Source: Terriglobia bacterium
Lineage (GTDB): Bacteria > Acidobacteriota > Terriglobia > Terriglobales > Acidobacteriaceae
Length of the DNA stretch: 32,000 nucleotides
Assembly: GCA_041494805.1 (NCBI GenBank)
Contig: JBGQBN010000009.1
Location: 1-32,000 of the forward strand
Direction of reading: 5' to 3'
The position numbers and the translations under genes are program-made. This document shows positions 17,407-27,100 of this stretch, in pieces. Under the pieces are notes generated by a model. That model made no database searches. It saw nothing but the letters and a program-made list of their open reading frames with translations, and was not told the origin of the DNA. How positions within the stretch are numbered: position 1 is the stretch's first letter; each line of letters opens with the position of its first letter.

Positions 17407-18618
17407 CTACGCTTTCCCCATCTGCTTCGCTCGCGCCATCAGCTTCTGCGCCCGTTCCACCACCGGCGCATCAATCATTTTCGACCCGAGGCTCACCACA
17501 CCCAGCCCCTTCTGCTGCGCGTCTTCAAACGCCGCCACAATCTTCATCGCTTTCTCAATCTCGGCTGCTGAAGGCGCAAACCCTTCATGGATAACCGGGA
17601 TCTGCGAAGGATGAACGCATCCCATCCCTTCGAACCCCAGCCCGCGGGAGTTCTCTGCCCAGCGCCGCAAGCCATCCAGATCGCCCACTTCCCCGAACAC
17701 GGAATCAATCGCCTGAATCCCCGCCGCCTTGGCCGCATTCACCAGGCGCGTGCGCGCGTAGAGCGACTCGCGTCCTTCCGCGGTCTTCACCACGCCCATG
17801 TCGGCGGTGTAGTCCTCCAGCCCAATGGTTAGTGCGGCCACATTCGCACTCGCCATAGCGATCGCGGCAGCGTTCTCGATCCCGAATGCAGACTCCAGAA
17901 TCGGCATCAGCCAGATCGGACGAGTGATGCCGTAGCGGACCTTCAGTTCGCCAATCATCCGGTCCACTTCCGCCACCTGCTCAGCCTGCTCCACTTTGGG
18001 GATCAGCACCAGATCCAGCGCTTCCGGAATAATTTCCGCAAGGTCTTCGAGCCCCATAGGAAGCTGATTGATCCTCACCATGCGCTCGCATGCGCCAAAA
18101 TCCACCGCGCGCAGAGTGTTGCGCACCAGAACGCGGGCAGCATCCTTTTCCGCGTGATGAACCGAATCTTCAAGATCGAGAATGATGGCATCCGGCCCAT
18201 GCAGCCCGGCATTGATAAAGTATTTCGGTTCCGTGCCCGGCAGATACAGCCGCGACCTGCGCAAGCGATCCCGCCGCGACGGCTCGCCCAGTGCAATCTT
18301 TTCAGGAGAGGCTTTCCTCCCGACGCCCAGGCCCGCGCGTTTGGCGGCCGTCTCGATCCGCGCAGCAATCACATAGGGAAGCGCGCCTTCATCGTGAATG
18401 GCGACCTGCGCGTGCTTTACGCCAAGCGTCCCGAGCACTTGTCGCGCCTGTGCCATGATCGAGGCGCCGTAGTACGGCGCGACGCGGGACTCCAGAGTAA
18501 TCTCCAGACCCCCGCCCTCCCGCGGCTCGATGGCCACGTGCAAATCCGAGCGCACATCCTTGCCCCAATGACCGGCTTCCGCCGGATGCGCTTTCGTTGT
18601 CTGTTGTGAAGCACTCAT
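17407..18618 (-). CDS. citE: Fusion of citrate lyase acyl carrier-like (CitD/gamma) domain with citrate lyase beta (CitE / HpcH-HpaI family)
   Basis: The N-terminal ~95 aa (VRSDLHVAIEPREGGGLEITLESRVAPYYGASIMAQARQVLGTLGVKHAQVAIHDEGALPYVIAARIETAAKR) resembles CitD. The rest is CitE (RSRLYLPGTEPKYFINAGLHGPDAIILDLEDSVHHAEKDAAR; GLGFEGMGCVHPSQIPVIHEGFAPS). Confidence 0.85.
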   Translation of the reverse strand: MSASQQTTKAHPAEAGHWGKDVRSDLHVAIEPREGGGLEITLESRVAPYYGASIMAQARQVLGTLGVKHAQVAIHDEGALPYVIAARIETAAKRAGLGVGRKASPEKIALGEPSRRDRLRRSRLYLPGTEPKYFINAGLHGPDAIILDLEDSVHHAEKDAARVLVRNTLRAVDFGACERMVRINQLPMGLEDLAEIIPEALDLVLIPKVEQAEQVAEVDRMIGELKVRYGITRPIWLMPILESAFGIENAAAIAMASANVAALTIGLEDYTADMGVVKTAEGRESLYARTRLVNAAKAAGIQAIDSVFGEVGDLDGLRRWAENSRGLGFEGMGCVHPSQIPVIHEGFAPSAAEIEKAMKIVAAFEDAQQKGLGVVSLGSKMIDAPVVERAQKLMARAKQMGKA

Positions 18619-18643
18619 AGTGGACCGTGTTGAGACCGTGTGG

Positions 18644-18681
18644 GGACGGGCGACTCGCCCGTCCGCGGAGTGCAGCTCCGC
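18644..18681. repeat. Double palindrome GGACGGGCG-ACT-CGCCCGTCC + GCGGAG-TGCAG-CTCCGC
   Basis: Perfect 9-bp and 6-bp stems in the gap between two co-directional genes. Related to the element at 9131-9156. Confidence 0.75.
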
Positions 18682-18684
18682 AGC

Positions 18685-19872
18685 CTACTTCAACTTCTCC
18701 AAAATCGCATCCCCCATCTGGACCGAGCTCGCCGCCCCCTGACTGAGTGACTTGCTCCCGCCAGAAATCCGCATCATGTCGTAGGTCCGCACCTTGCCCT
18801 CTTTCACCACGTCCGCGATCGCTTTGCGGATGCGGTCGGCTTTGGCCCCCTCTCCCACATGGTCCAGCATCATCGCCGAGGAAAGAATCATCGCGATCGG
18901 ATTCACAATGGGCGGATTCAGTTCCGCATACTTGGGCGCCGACCCATGCGTTGGCTCAAACACCGCAATCTCGTCGCCGATATTTCCCGAAGCCGCGAAG
19001 CCCAGCCCACCCACCAACCCCGCGAATGCGTCCGACAGAATATCGCCGAACAGGTTCGAGGCAATAATCACGTTGTAGTCTTCCGGATTCTTGTTCAGCC
19101 ACATCAGCTGCGCGTCAATGTTCGTCGACCACAGCGCAATGCCCGGATAGTTCTTGGCCACATCCTTGGCGGCGTCTTCCATCAATCCGGAAGTCTCGCG
19201 CAGCACATTGGGCTTTTCGCAGATGGTCACGCCCTTGAAGCCGCGTTTCTTGGCGTACTCAAATGCGGCGGTAGCAATGCGACGCGCTGCTGGCCGCGTA
19301 ATGATGCGCACACTGACCGCCATGTCCGCACTGGGCACGTTCGCGAAAGCCTTGAACCTGGGATGGGAGTTCAGGGTAGCGCGCACATTCTCCGGCGGAT
19401 TTGTCCACTCCACGCCGGTGTACATGCCCTCGGTGTTCTGCCGGAAAACGGTGGTGTCAATCCGCGGCTCGTCAAACCCGCTATCCGCACGTTTACGAAT
19501 ATAGTTCAGCGGATTCCCCGGAAACCCGATGCAAGGCCGCATGCAGACATCCAAATTGAATTTCTGCCGCATGGTCACGATCGGGCTGTAGTACACGTAG
19601 CCCTTGCCGCGCAATTCCGGCTTCAGCTCACCCTGGGCTTCTTTGTTCGGCTTCGACGTGATCGCGCCAAACAGTCCCAGCTGGTGTTTCGCCAGCAGGT
19701 CAAGCGTGCGCTGGGGCAGCGCGTTGCCCTCATTGACCCAGCACTCCCAACCAATGTCCGCAGGAACATACTCCGCATCAAACCCGACTGCCTTCAAAAT
19801 CCGCAATGCCTCCGGCAGGACTTGGTTACCGATCCCGTCGCCCGGCATCGTGACTACGGTGTACTTCGCCAT
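18685..19872 (-). CDS. Isocitrate/isopropylmalate/homoisocitrate dehydrogenase-family beta-decarboxylating dehydrogenase
   Basis: TVVTMPGDGIGNQVLPEAL, TVFRQNTEGMYTGVEW, SNLFGDILSDAFAGLVGGLGFAASGNIGDEIAVFEPTHGSAPKYA, INPIAMILSSAMML-like (VNPIAMILSSAMMLDHVG). Substrate not determinable. Confidence 0.88.
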   Translation of the reverse strand: MAKYTVVTMPGDGIGNQVLPEALRILKAVGFDAEYVPADIGWECWVNEGNALPQRTLDLLAKHQLGLFGAITSKPNKEAQGELKPELRGKGYVYYSPIVTMRQKFNLDVCMRPCIGFPGNPLNYIRKRADSGFDEPRIDTTVFRQNTEGMYTGVEWTNPPENVRATLNSHPRFKAFANVPSADMAVSVRIITRPAARRIATAAFEYAKKRGFKGVTICEKPNVLRETSGLMEDAAKDVAKNYPGIALWSTNIDAQLMWLNKNPEDYNVIIASNLFGDILSDAFAGLVGGLGFAASGNIGDEIAVFEPTHGSAPKYAELNPPIVNPIAMILSSAMMLDHVGEGAKADRIRKAIADVVKEGKVRTYDMMRISGGSKSLSQGAASSVQMGDAILEKLK

Positions 19873-19994
19873 TCACTCTCCCCGAAAACCAAAATCTTGA
19901 ACCGCAGAGGACGCCGAGAGCGCGAAGAGAGGATTAACGCGAACCTAGGTAATTCTTCCTCCACGTCCGCAGCGTACTCGGCGGTGTTCATTCT

Positions 19995-21929
19995 TTAAGC
20001 CAGTCCCAACCGCTTCGCCACCAGATTCTCCGCCCCCCCGGCAATCACCAACGACTGCGGCACGCTGCCCAGCGGCGGAAACCCAAACTCCTCCCCACGC
20101 CAGTGAATCACTCCCGCGGTGAAATCCACTTCAATCTCATCCCCCGGAATGATCGTCTTCTCCTTTGATCCTGCAAATTGCTCGCGCAACCGCTTCACCA
20201 GTTCCGGCACTTCCACGCAAAGAAAACCATTGTTATAAGCGTTTCGCAGATAGGTCTGCGAGAAACTCGCCGCAATCACCAGTGGAATCCCCTTGGCCTT
20301 GAGACAAGTGACTGCCTGCTCACGGCTCGACCCAGTGCCAAAATTAAAGCTGCTCACGATCACATCGCCGGCGCGCGTGCGCCCGGCAAACTGCGGATCA
20401 TAATTCTCCATGACCACGTTGGCCATCATCTCGGGAGTCATGTCGTCGCGGTAAGTGTAGTCTTTTCCATAAATGGCATCGGTGTTGACGTTATCCTGCG
20501 GCATGAACACCAGCCGCCCCCGCACCCGCTCCGGAAACCCGGGGAGGATATCAACTTTCTCTGCGGCTGCACCCGTGGCAAACTCGGTGTAGACGCGCGC
20601 CGGCGTACGCTCCCCCAGTTCATGAGGTCCGCGGATGTAGCCCGCCACGGCGGAAGCCGCCACCACTTCCGGACTTGCCAGATAACATTTCGCGTCGCGC
20701 GAGCCCATGCGGCCCTTGAAGTTCCGGTTGGTGGCCGAAATTCCAACCTCACCCGGCTCGAGCAAGCCGATGCCGAGCCCAATACAAGGCCCGCATCCAG
20801 CCGGCAGCGGGTTCGCTCCCGCGTCCAGCAACGTCTGCCAGATGCCGCGCCTCTCGGCTTCTTCCTGGACCCACTTGCTCGCTGCGCCCAGGTAAAACTT
20901 CACGCCCGCCGCGACTTTCTTTCCCTTCATCACCGTCGCGGCAGCTTCCAGATCCTCCACTCGCGAGTTCACGCAGGAAAGCAGATACGCCTTCTGGATA
21001 GGAACCCTCTTCCTCTCCATCTCCGCCAGCGAACTCATCACTTGCACTGTATCGGGGCCCGACACATGAGGCGTGACCTGGCCCAAATCGAGCACAATCC
21101 GCGCCGCATACGTGGCCCCCGCATCCGGGCGGGGTGGATTCTTGGCCCAGTTCTCCATGTCTTTTTCCGAAAACCGCTCGATGCCGGTTGCCTTAAGGCG
21201 CTGATGTACGCCGCGAAGGTACTTGATCGTGACCTCATCCACCGGGAACCAGCCTACCAGCGGCCCCCACTCGGTGCTCATGTTCGAGATCGAAAACCGT
21301 GCGTCCATGGATAGGCTGGCCACGCCCGGGCCGGAGAATTCCACCGCCGCGTTCAACACTTCATCGTGGTTGTAAAGGCCGCACAGCGTGATGATGATGT
21401 CCTTGCCGGTAGCGCCCCCCGGCAACTTGCCTTCCAGCACCACTTCGATCGAGCGCGGAATCTGCCACCAGAATTCTCCCGTAGCCCAAACCGCAGCCGC
21501 GTCGGTGCGCACGATGGGCGTGCCGGTCGCCCCCAACGCGCCATACATATTGGAGTGTGAATCCGAAGCCACCACGAAAGATCCGGGCACGACGTATCCA
21601 CGTTCCACCATGATCTGGTGCCCGATACCCGAGCCTGCGGGGTAAAAATCCACTCCCTGCTGCTTGGCGAAGGCTTCGATGGCCCGGTACTTGGAGAGAT
21701 TCGCATCCTCTTTGTTCTGAATGTCGTGGTCGAGCGCAAACACCAGCTGCTTCGGATCGTAAATCTTCTTCGCCCCAATCGCCTTGAACTTGCTCATCAC
21801 CGCCGAAGTGTTGTCGTGGGTCATGACATGATGAGGGCGGATGGAAACGAAATCCCCAGTCCGCAGTGGCCGCTTCGGCCCTTCCGCCAGGTGGGATTGC
21901 GCAATGTTTTCAACCACGGTTTGAGCCAT
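19995..21929 (-). CDS. Fused aconitase-family hydro-lyase (LeuC+LeuD in one chain), fungal homoaconitase-like
   Basis: RTGDFVSIRPHHVMTHDNTSAVMSKF, GSFVVASDSHSNMYGALGATGTPI, AYLLSCVNSRVEDLEAAA, PAGCGPCIGLG, and a swivel domain NVNTDAIYGKDYTYRD...SSFNFGTGSSREQAVTCLKAKGIPLVIAASFSQTYLRNAYNNGFL. Start reassigned to ATG 21929 (MAQTVV) rather than 22112. Confidence 0.88.
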   Translation of the reverse strand: MAQTVVENIAQSHLAEGPKRPLRTGDFVSIRPHHVMTHDNTSAVMSKFKAIGAKKIYDPKQLVFALDHDIQNKEDANLSKYRAIEAFAKQQGVDFYPAGSGIGHQIMVERGYVVPGSFVVASDSHSNMYGALGATGTPIVRTDAAAVWATGEFWWQIPRSIEVVLEGKLPGGATGKDIIITLCGLYNHDEVLNAAVEFSGPGVASLSMDARFSISNMSTEWGPLVGWFPVDEVTIKYLRGVHQRLKATGIERFSEKDMENWAKNPPRPDAGATYAARIVLDLGQVTPHVSGPDTVQVMSSLAEMERKRVPIQKAYLLSCVNSRVEDLEAAATVMKGKKVAAGVKFYLGAASKWVQEEAERRGIWQTLLDAGANPLPAGCGPCIGLGIGLLEPGEVGISATNRNFKGRMGSRDAKCYLASPEVVAASAVAGYIRGPHELGERTPARVYTEFATGAAAEKVDILPGFPERVRGRLVFMPQDNVNTDAIYGKDYTYRDDMTPEMMANVVMENYDPQFAGRTRAGDVIVSSFNFGTGSSREQAVTCLKAKGIPLVIAASFSQTYLRNAYNNGFLCVEVPELVKRLREQFAGSKEKTIIPGDEIEVDFTAGVIHWRGEEFGFPPLGSVPQSLVIAGGAENLVAKRLGLA

Positions 21930-21969
21930 ACAAGAAACTCCTGACAGCCGCGAAACCCCATGATCCGTA

Positions 21970-21991
21970 GAGACGTAGCTTGCTACGTCTC
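21970..21991. repeat. Palindrome GAGACGTAG-CTTG-CTACGTCTC, copy 2
   Basis: Identical to 3234-3255. Lies between the MmgE/PrpD stop and the aconitase-like start. Confidence 0.9.
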
Positions 21992-22012
21992 CTCCGTGTC
22001 CTCGTTCCGTCC

Positions 22013-23449
22013 TCAGCGCCGTTTTCGCCGCGCTGATCTCTTCGGCCCCCTGACGTCCGCCTTCATCAACCCCATCAGCTTCGAAACCGAACCCGCCTTC
22101 TCCAAGCCCCAAATGGCGTCCTTCAATTTCTTCTGCGCCACCTTCGACAGCACACCTTCCGCCAGCGCCGCGAACTTTTCCTCCACTTCCTGGTCCGTAA
22201 GCGGGTTCCGCGGGTCGCCTTTGGGAAAATCCAACTGCTTGGTAAACGTGCGGCCGTCCGTGGTGGTCAGGTTTACGATCACCCGCTGCAGCGCCGGGAA
22301 AACCTTCTCAATCTCGGGATCGGCGACGACCTCGACCTTCTTCAACTGCGCCCGAATGGTCGGGTCCATGATCTTCTTCATCTCGAACTGCACCGGGGTG
22401 ACTTGCCGGTCGGCCACTGCCGCCGCGATCACGTAAGGCAGCGAGTGGTCGGCGGTCTCTTTCGTCCGCGGATCATACTTGCTCGGATCAGAAAGAATAT
22501 CCGCCGCGCGCGCCAAAGACCGAATCTGCACCTTCTGCACCTGTTCCGGCCTCAGATTGTTCGATTTCACAATGTCGAGCACCGCGGAAATCGGCGTGTG
22601 GGTCAGCGCCTCGGTAGGGAACGCTTTCATGCCGCATTGCGTGATGCGCCACGATTCGCCCAGCCCATCGGTGAGAATGTTTAGTTTCCACTCCGGACCA
22701 AAGCAGTGAGTCAGCCCTTCCTTTCCGTCCACTACGTGTTCCGGGCCCGTGTAACCCTTCTCAGCCATCAACGCCGCCAACACTCCACTCTGCGTCGCCA
22801 TCGGGTCAACCGTGTTCTTCATCATGGTCAACTTGCCGGCGGTGACTGCACCCAAAGTGGCGTGACGGCTGGCAGAGATGCCGACCGCATGTTGAATCTG
22901 CTCCCATCCAAGACGTAACGCCCGTCCCGCAACGAAGGGCGAAACAAATGCGGTCAACGTCGCATGATGCCATCCCCGCTCCCGAATGCCTGGAAACGCG
23001 GCCTCGCAAAAGCGCATTTCAAATTCGTGTCCCAGCACGAGTCCGACGATCAGCTCTTTGCCATTGCTCTTCGCGCGTTCGCAGCAGGCCAGGGCAGCGG
23101 GAAAAATATCGGACGGATGCGACGGATCCTGCTTCCAGTAGATGTCGTTGTAATCCATGCAGCGGATCATCAACGCATTAGCCAGCGAAGCCGAGACCGC
23201 ATCGATCTTCTGACCTGTGCCGATGACGGTCGCGGGCCAGCGCCCAGCGATCTCATCAAGCACTTCGAGCGCGATCTTCACATCATGCTGCTGGTAGCCC
23301 CCCAGGGCGCAGCCGACGGAATCGAGCAGAAAACGTTTCGCATGGTAAGCCGCGTCCTGGGACAGGTGCTGGTACTCCAGACCAGCGGCCCACCGCGCCA
23401 TCCCGGCGGTGATTGTTTCTTTCGTAGCGCTCTCTTTCCCGGCAGACAA
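22013..23449 (-). CDS. MmgE/PrpD family protein (2-methylcitrate dehydratase-like)
   Basis: AKRFLLDSVGCALGGYQQHDVKIALEVL, SLANALMIRCMDYNDIYWKQDPSHPSDIFPAALA, KAFPTEALTHTPISAVLDIV, and TKETADHSLPYVIAAAVADRQVTPVQF. Confidence 0.92.
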   Translation of the reverse strand: MSAGKESATKETITAGMARWAAGLEYQHLSQDAAYHAKRFLLDSVGCALGGYQQHDVKIALEVLDEIAGRWPATVIGTGQKIDAVSASLANALMIRCMDYNDIYWKQDPSHPSDIFPAALACCERAKSNGKELIVGLVLGHEFEMRFCEAAFPGIRERGWHHATLTAFVSPFVAGRALRLGWEQIQHAVGISASRHATLGAVTAGKLTMMKNTVDPMATQSGVLAALMAEKGYTGPEHVVDGKEGLTHCFGPEWKLNILTDGLGESWRITQCGMKAFPTEALTHTPISAVLDIVKSNNLRPEQVQKVQIRSLARAADILSDPSKYDPRTKETADHSLPYVIAAAVADRQVTPVQFEMKKIMDPTIRAQLKKVEVVADPEIEKVFPALQRVIVNLTTTDGRTFTKQLDFPKGDPRNPLTDQEVEEKFAALAEGVLSKVAQKKLKDAIWGLEKAGSVSKLMGLMKADVRGPKRSARRKRR

Positions 23450-23457
23450 TATCTCTC

Positions 23458-24042
23458 CTATTTCACCTTAATGTTCTTTGGATTCTTGAACGGCAGGAAC
23501 GCCATGAAGTCGGCATGGTGCACGATATAAGCCTCGGTGGTGCGCTTCACCAGGTCACCCTCGGCGGCGTGCGCAGCAATGATGTGGCAGACTTCATCGG
23601 GTACGCCGCACTCCAGCGCCAGCGCGACTCCGGTAAAGGGATGGCGCAGGGCCTCGCCACGCTCACTTTGGCGGCTCTTGCCGTCCGGGCCGAGTTCGTA
23701 CTCCAGCAACTTGCCCACATCGGCGAGAATGGCGCCCGCGATGACCGTGTCCAGGTCGATGGGCAGCGCGCGTCCCATGAATTCCTGCATGGACTCGGCA
23801 CTCTGGCGCGCAATGTGTACCACGCAGCGCTTGTGTTCCATGAAAGTAATGGGACAGTTGGGCACGAGCAAGGTGAACGGGATGCGGTTCAGGTCGTCAG
23901 GCTTCAGCGGACTGCGCTCCAACGCTTTGATCCATGTGTTAGTGACCTGCTCGCGCAGTCTCTTGTTTTCGATCCACTGAATCTCCGGCCACAGCTTGGC
24001 GACCGCCTCACGCATGCGCTCCGACCTCCATTCCGAAAACAT
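23458..24042 (-). CDS. HD-domain protein
   Basis: HKRCVVHIARQSAESMQEF...DLDTVIAGAILADVGKLLEYEL...RHPFTGVALALECGVPDEVCHIIAAHAAEG...EAYIVHHADFMAF follows the HD phosphohydrolase pattern. Confidence 0.8.
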   Translation of the reverse strand: MFSEWRSERMREAVAKLWPEIQWIENKRLREQVTNTWIKALERSPLKPDDLNRIPFTLLVPNCPITFMEHKRCVVHIARQSAESMQEFMGRALPIDLDTVIAGAILADVGKLLEYELGPDGKSRQSERGEALRHPFTGVALALECGVPDEVCHIIAAHAAEGDLVKRTTEAYIVHHADFMAFLPFKNPKNIKVK

Positions 24043-24194
24043 CTAGCTTACCGTGTGGGACGAGGGGACGTCGAGGGGGCGCTGCCGTGGCTAAAGCCCG
24101 TGATCGGAGATACCGACGTGACGCGGCGCTCAAAGCGTCGCTCTCCCACGGTGACGTTCGAACCTCTAGTTGGCCGTTCTCCGGGTCTGTTTCC

Positions 24195-27100
24195 CTAGAA
24201 CGACAACTTCAGCGCGAACTGGATCTGCCTTGGATCACGCGCCGCAGTCAGGAAGCCGAATTCCGGCGTCCCGAAGGTGGTCGTATCAATCGAGTTCTGC
24301 GGTCCCGACTTGGCAAACTGCAGGTTGGGGTGATTGAAGAGATTGAAGAACTCTGCCCGGAACTCCAGCTTGGTGCGTTCGGTGATGGGGAAAGTCTTGA
24401 ACACGGAAAAATCCCAAATCTGGTAGCCCGGACCCTCGACGGTGTTGCGGCCCACGTTGCCAAACGAGCCGAAGTTCGGATCGGTGAAAGCGCAAGCGTT
24501 AAACCACGAGCCCTGCGTCCGCGTACGGTCGGCCGCCAGTCCGCCCTGCGAAATGGTGGTCGCGCAGCCCGGATCAGGATTAGCCCCAACCGGCCCAGCC
24601 TTGAACGGATCACTGATGAGGTCGGGACGCGATTGACCGTCGGAGTTGGAGAAACTGTTGTCGTCGAGAATGGTGAACCAGTTTCCTCGCGACATGCTGG
24701 TGATGCCGCCAATCTGCCATCCCCCGGCGATGTAGTTGAGTACGCCAGTCGCATCGCCCAGAAAACGTTTGCCGTGGCCGACGGGAAGTTCATACAGATA
24801 ACTGAGGACCAAACGGTGGCGGACGTCGAAGTCGGCGTTGCCATATTCTCGCCCGGGTTGCTGATAGAAGCGGAAATCACCGCCGTTCTGGGCGCCGAGA
24901 TCGGCGTTGGAAGCGATGTCGAGCGCGTGCGCCCAGGTGTAAGCCGCCAGGAACGTAAGCCCATGGGAGAAGCGCTTCTCGGCGCGCAACTGCAGAGAGT
25001 TGTAGTTCGACCAGCCCGCCGAGCGGAACCATCCGATGAAACCATCCACCGCAGGGAAGGGCCGCCGCGTATCGATTGGCGGAGGATTGGGACTGGGATC
25101 GGGCAGCGCCTGGTTGCCGTTGAGATAAATGTACTGCTTCAGGCCACGAGATCCAGCGTAGGTAACCTCGAACACCGTATTCGAAGGCAGTTCGTACTGG
25201 GTGGAGAGGTGCCACTGCTGCATGTACGGCGTCACCAGGTGAGGGTCAAGAGAAAACAGCAGCGGGGTGTTGGGATCGACCAGGGCGTTGGCTGGGAAGC
25301 CCGTAGCTAGTGTGGAAATTCCGGGCAGGCTGCAATCCTGCACCGCGGGATTCGCGGCCGGCTCACCGCAGGGATTATTAAAGTTTTCAATGGTAAAGAA
25401 CGGCGGGTTAAATCCCATGCTGGGGTTGGAATAGGGACCGGCCTCGCTGCCGCCGTAGAAGAGTCCGTACCCGGCGCGGACTACCAGCTTGTCAGTTGCC
25501 CGATACGCCAGGCCGATGCGTGGCGCGAAATTGTTGGTGTCCGGGGGAATCAGCCCGGGGGTGGCCGTGGCTTGAATCGGAATGATGCTGGCCAGCGTCG
25601 GAGTCAACTGTGCATTCACGCCCTTGGGGACGATCAAGCTGTGCGTGGCAAGGTCGAACGTGGCTTGCTGGTTGGTCCTCTCTTTTATCGTGGTGAAGAG
25701 TTCGTAGCGCAGGCCGAGGTTCAGAGTAAGCTTCGGAGTGATCTTCCAATCATCCTGGGCATAGAACGCATACACCGGGCGGTGATAGTCAATGTTGTGC
25801 AGGTTATTGATGCTGCCGCCATCGCTCAGGCCGATCAGAAATGAAGCGTAGCCCGAGCCGCCCGTGCCTGCAGCGGCCGGGTTGTCGGTGAAGACCGGCC
25901 CGAAGTCCAGAGTGCCACGCGGCGCGGCGGGCTGGAAGATGGTGAATTCTTCGAGCCGAATCTCGCTGCCGAACTTCAACGAGTGATTGCCCCGGACCCA
26001 GGTCAGGTTTTCCAGCAGGCTGTAGCTGTTCTGAATTTCGTGGGAGGGCAGGAACGTCGGACTGCCAATCTGCGAAACGTCGCTGTAGGTCAACTGCGGC
26101 AAGCCGCCATTTCCCGCCACGTCAGGGATGCCGGGAAATCCGCCAGAGAAATTCAACAGCTGCTCGCTGGTCTTATCGGAATTGATCTGCTGGCGTTGTG
26201 AGTTGATCCGGTTATAGCCCAGGCGGAATTCATTGACCAGTTGCGGGCGGAAAAGATGCGTCCAACTGGTGGCAAAGCTACGATAGGAGTTGGCCTCCAC
26301 GCCGCCAAAGAAGCCGCCACCGTCACCGCCGGTGCTGTCGAAGGGGCCGGGAATCACGCTGGGCTGGTTTTCGTAGCTGAAGCGGAAAAATCCGTAGTCC
26401 TTCTCGGAGTATTTTTGGTCGATCCGCACGTCGAAATTATTGCGACTCTCCGTACGAACTGGATTGGAGAGAAAGTTGAAGCCCTGGTTGCCGCTGACAT
26501 TGGCATGGGGATACAGCTGGGTGATCGCCAGAGCGAGCGGATCCATGGCGCCGCCAGGAATGATGTTGATGGGCTGACCGGTCGGACCATACCCAAAGGG
26601 CACGCCACAGAGCGCGCTCAGATAGGCCCCATTGGCCTGCGTCTGCCGGGTATTGAACAGCTCGCCGGCATAAGTGGGCTGCCCGTTGCAGTCGAGCGCG
26701 GGGATCATGGTCACCCCGTCACTAGCCAAAGCCATCTGCGGCTGCGTGTAATCAATCTGGTCAGAGAAATCCCCCGCGCGCTGGGCGTCGGTCGGTACGA
26801 AAGAAGTCAGCGTCTGCGCCTGGCGGACGCGCAGGCCTTCATAATCCACGAAGAAAAACGTATGGTTGCGCACGATCGGACCGCCGAAGGTGAAACCAAA
26901 CTGGTTCTGCTTGTAAGGAGCGATGGCACTGTTGGGATCGTCAAAAAAGTTCTTGGCGTCGAACATTTCGTTGCGCAGAAACTCGTAGGCGCTGCCATGA
27001 AACTGGTTGGTCCCCGACTTGATGGTCGCATTTATGATGGCCCCGTTGCCCCGGCCGAACTCTGCGCTGTAAGCGTTGGTCTGGACCTTGAATTCCTCCA

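Noticed and set aside
18859-21314. 379-aa and 378-aa + strand ORFs opposite the dehydrogenase-like and aconitase-like genes
   Set aside because: Antisense frames of clearly conserved enzymes. The low-complexity His/Arg-rich composition argues against real proteins.
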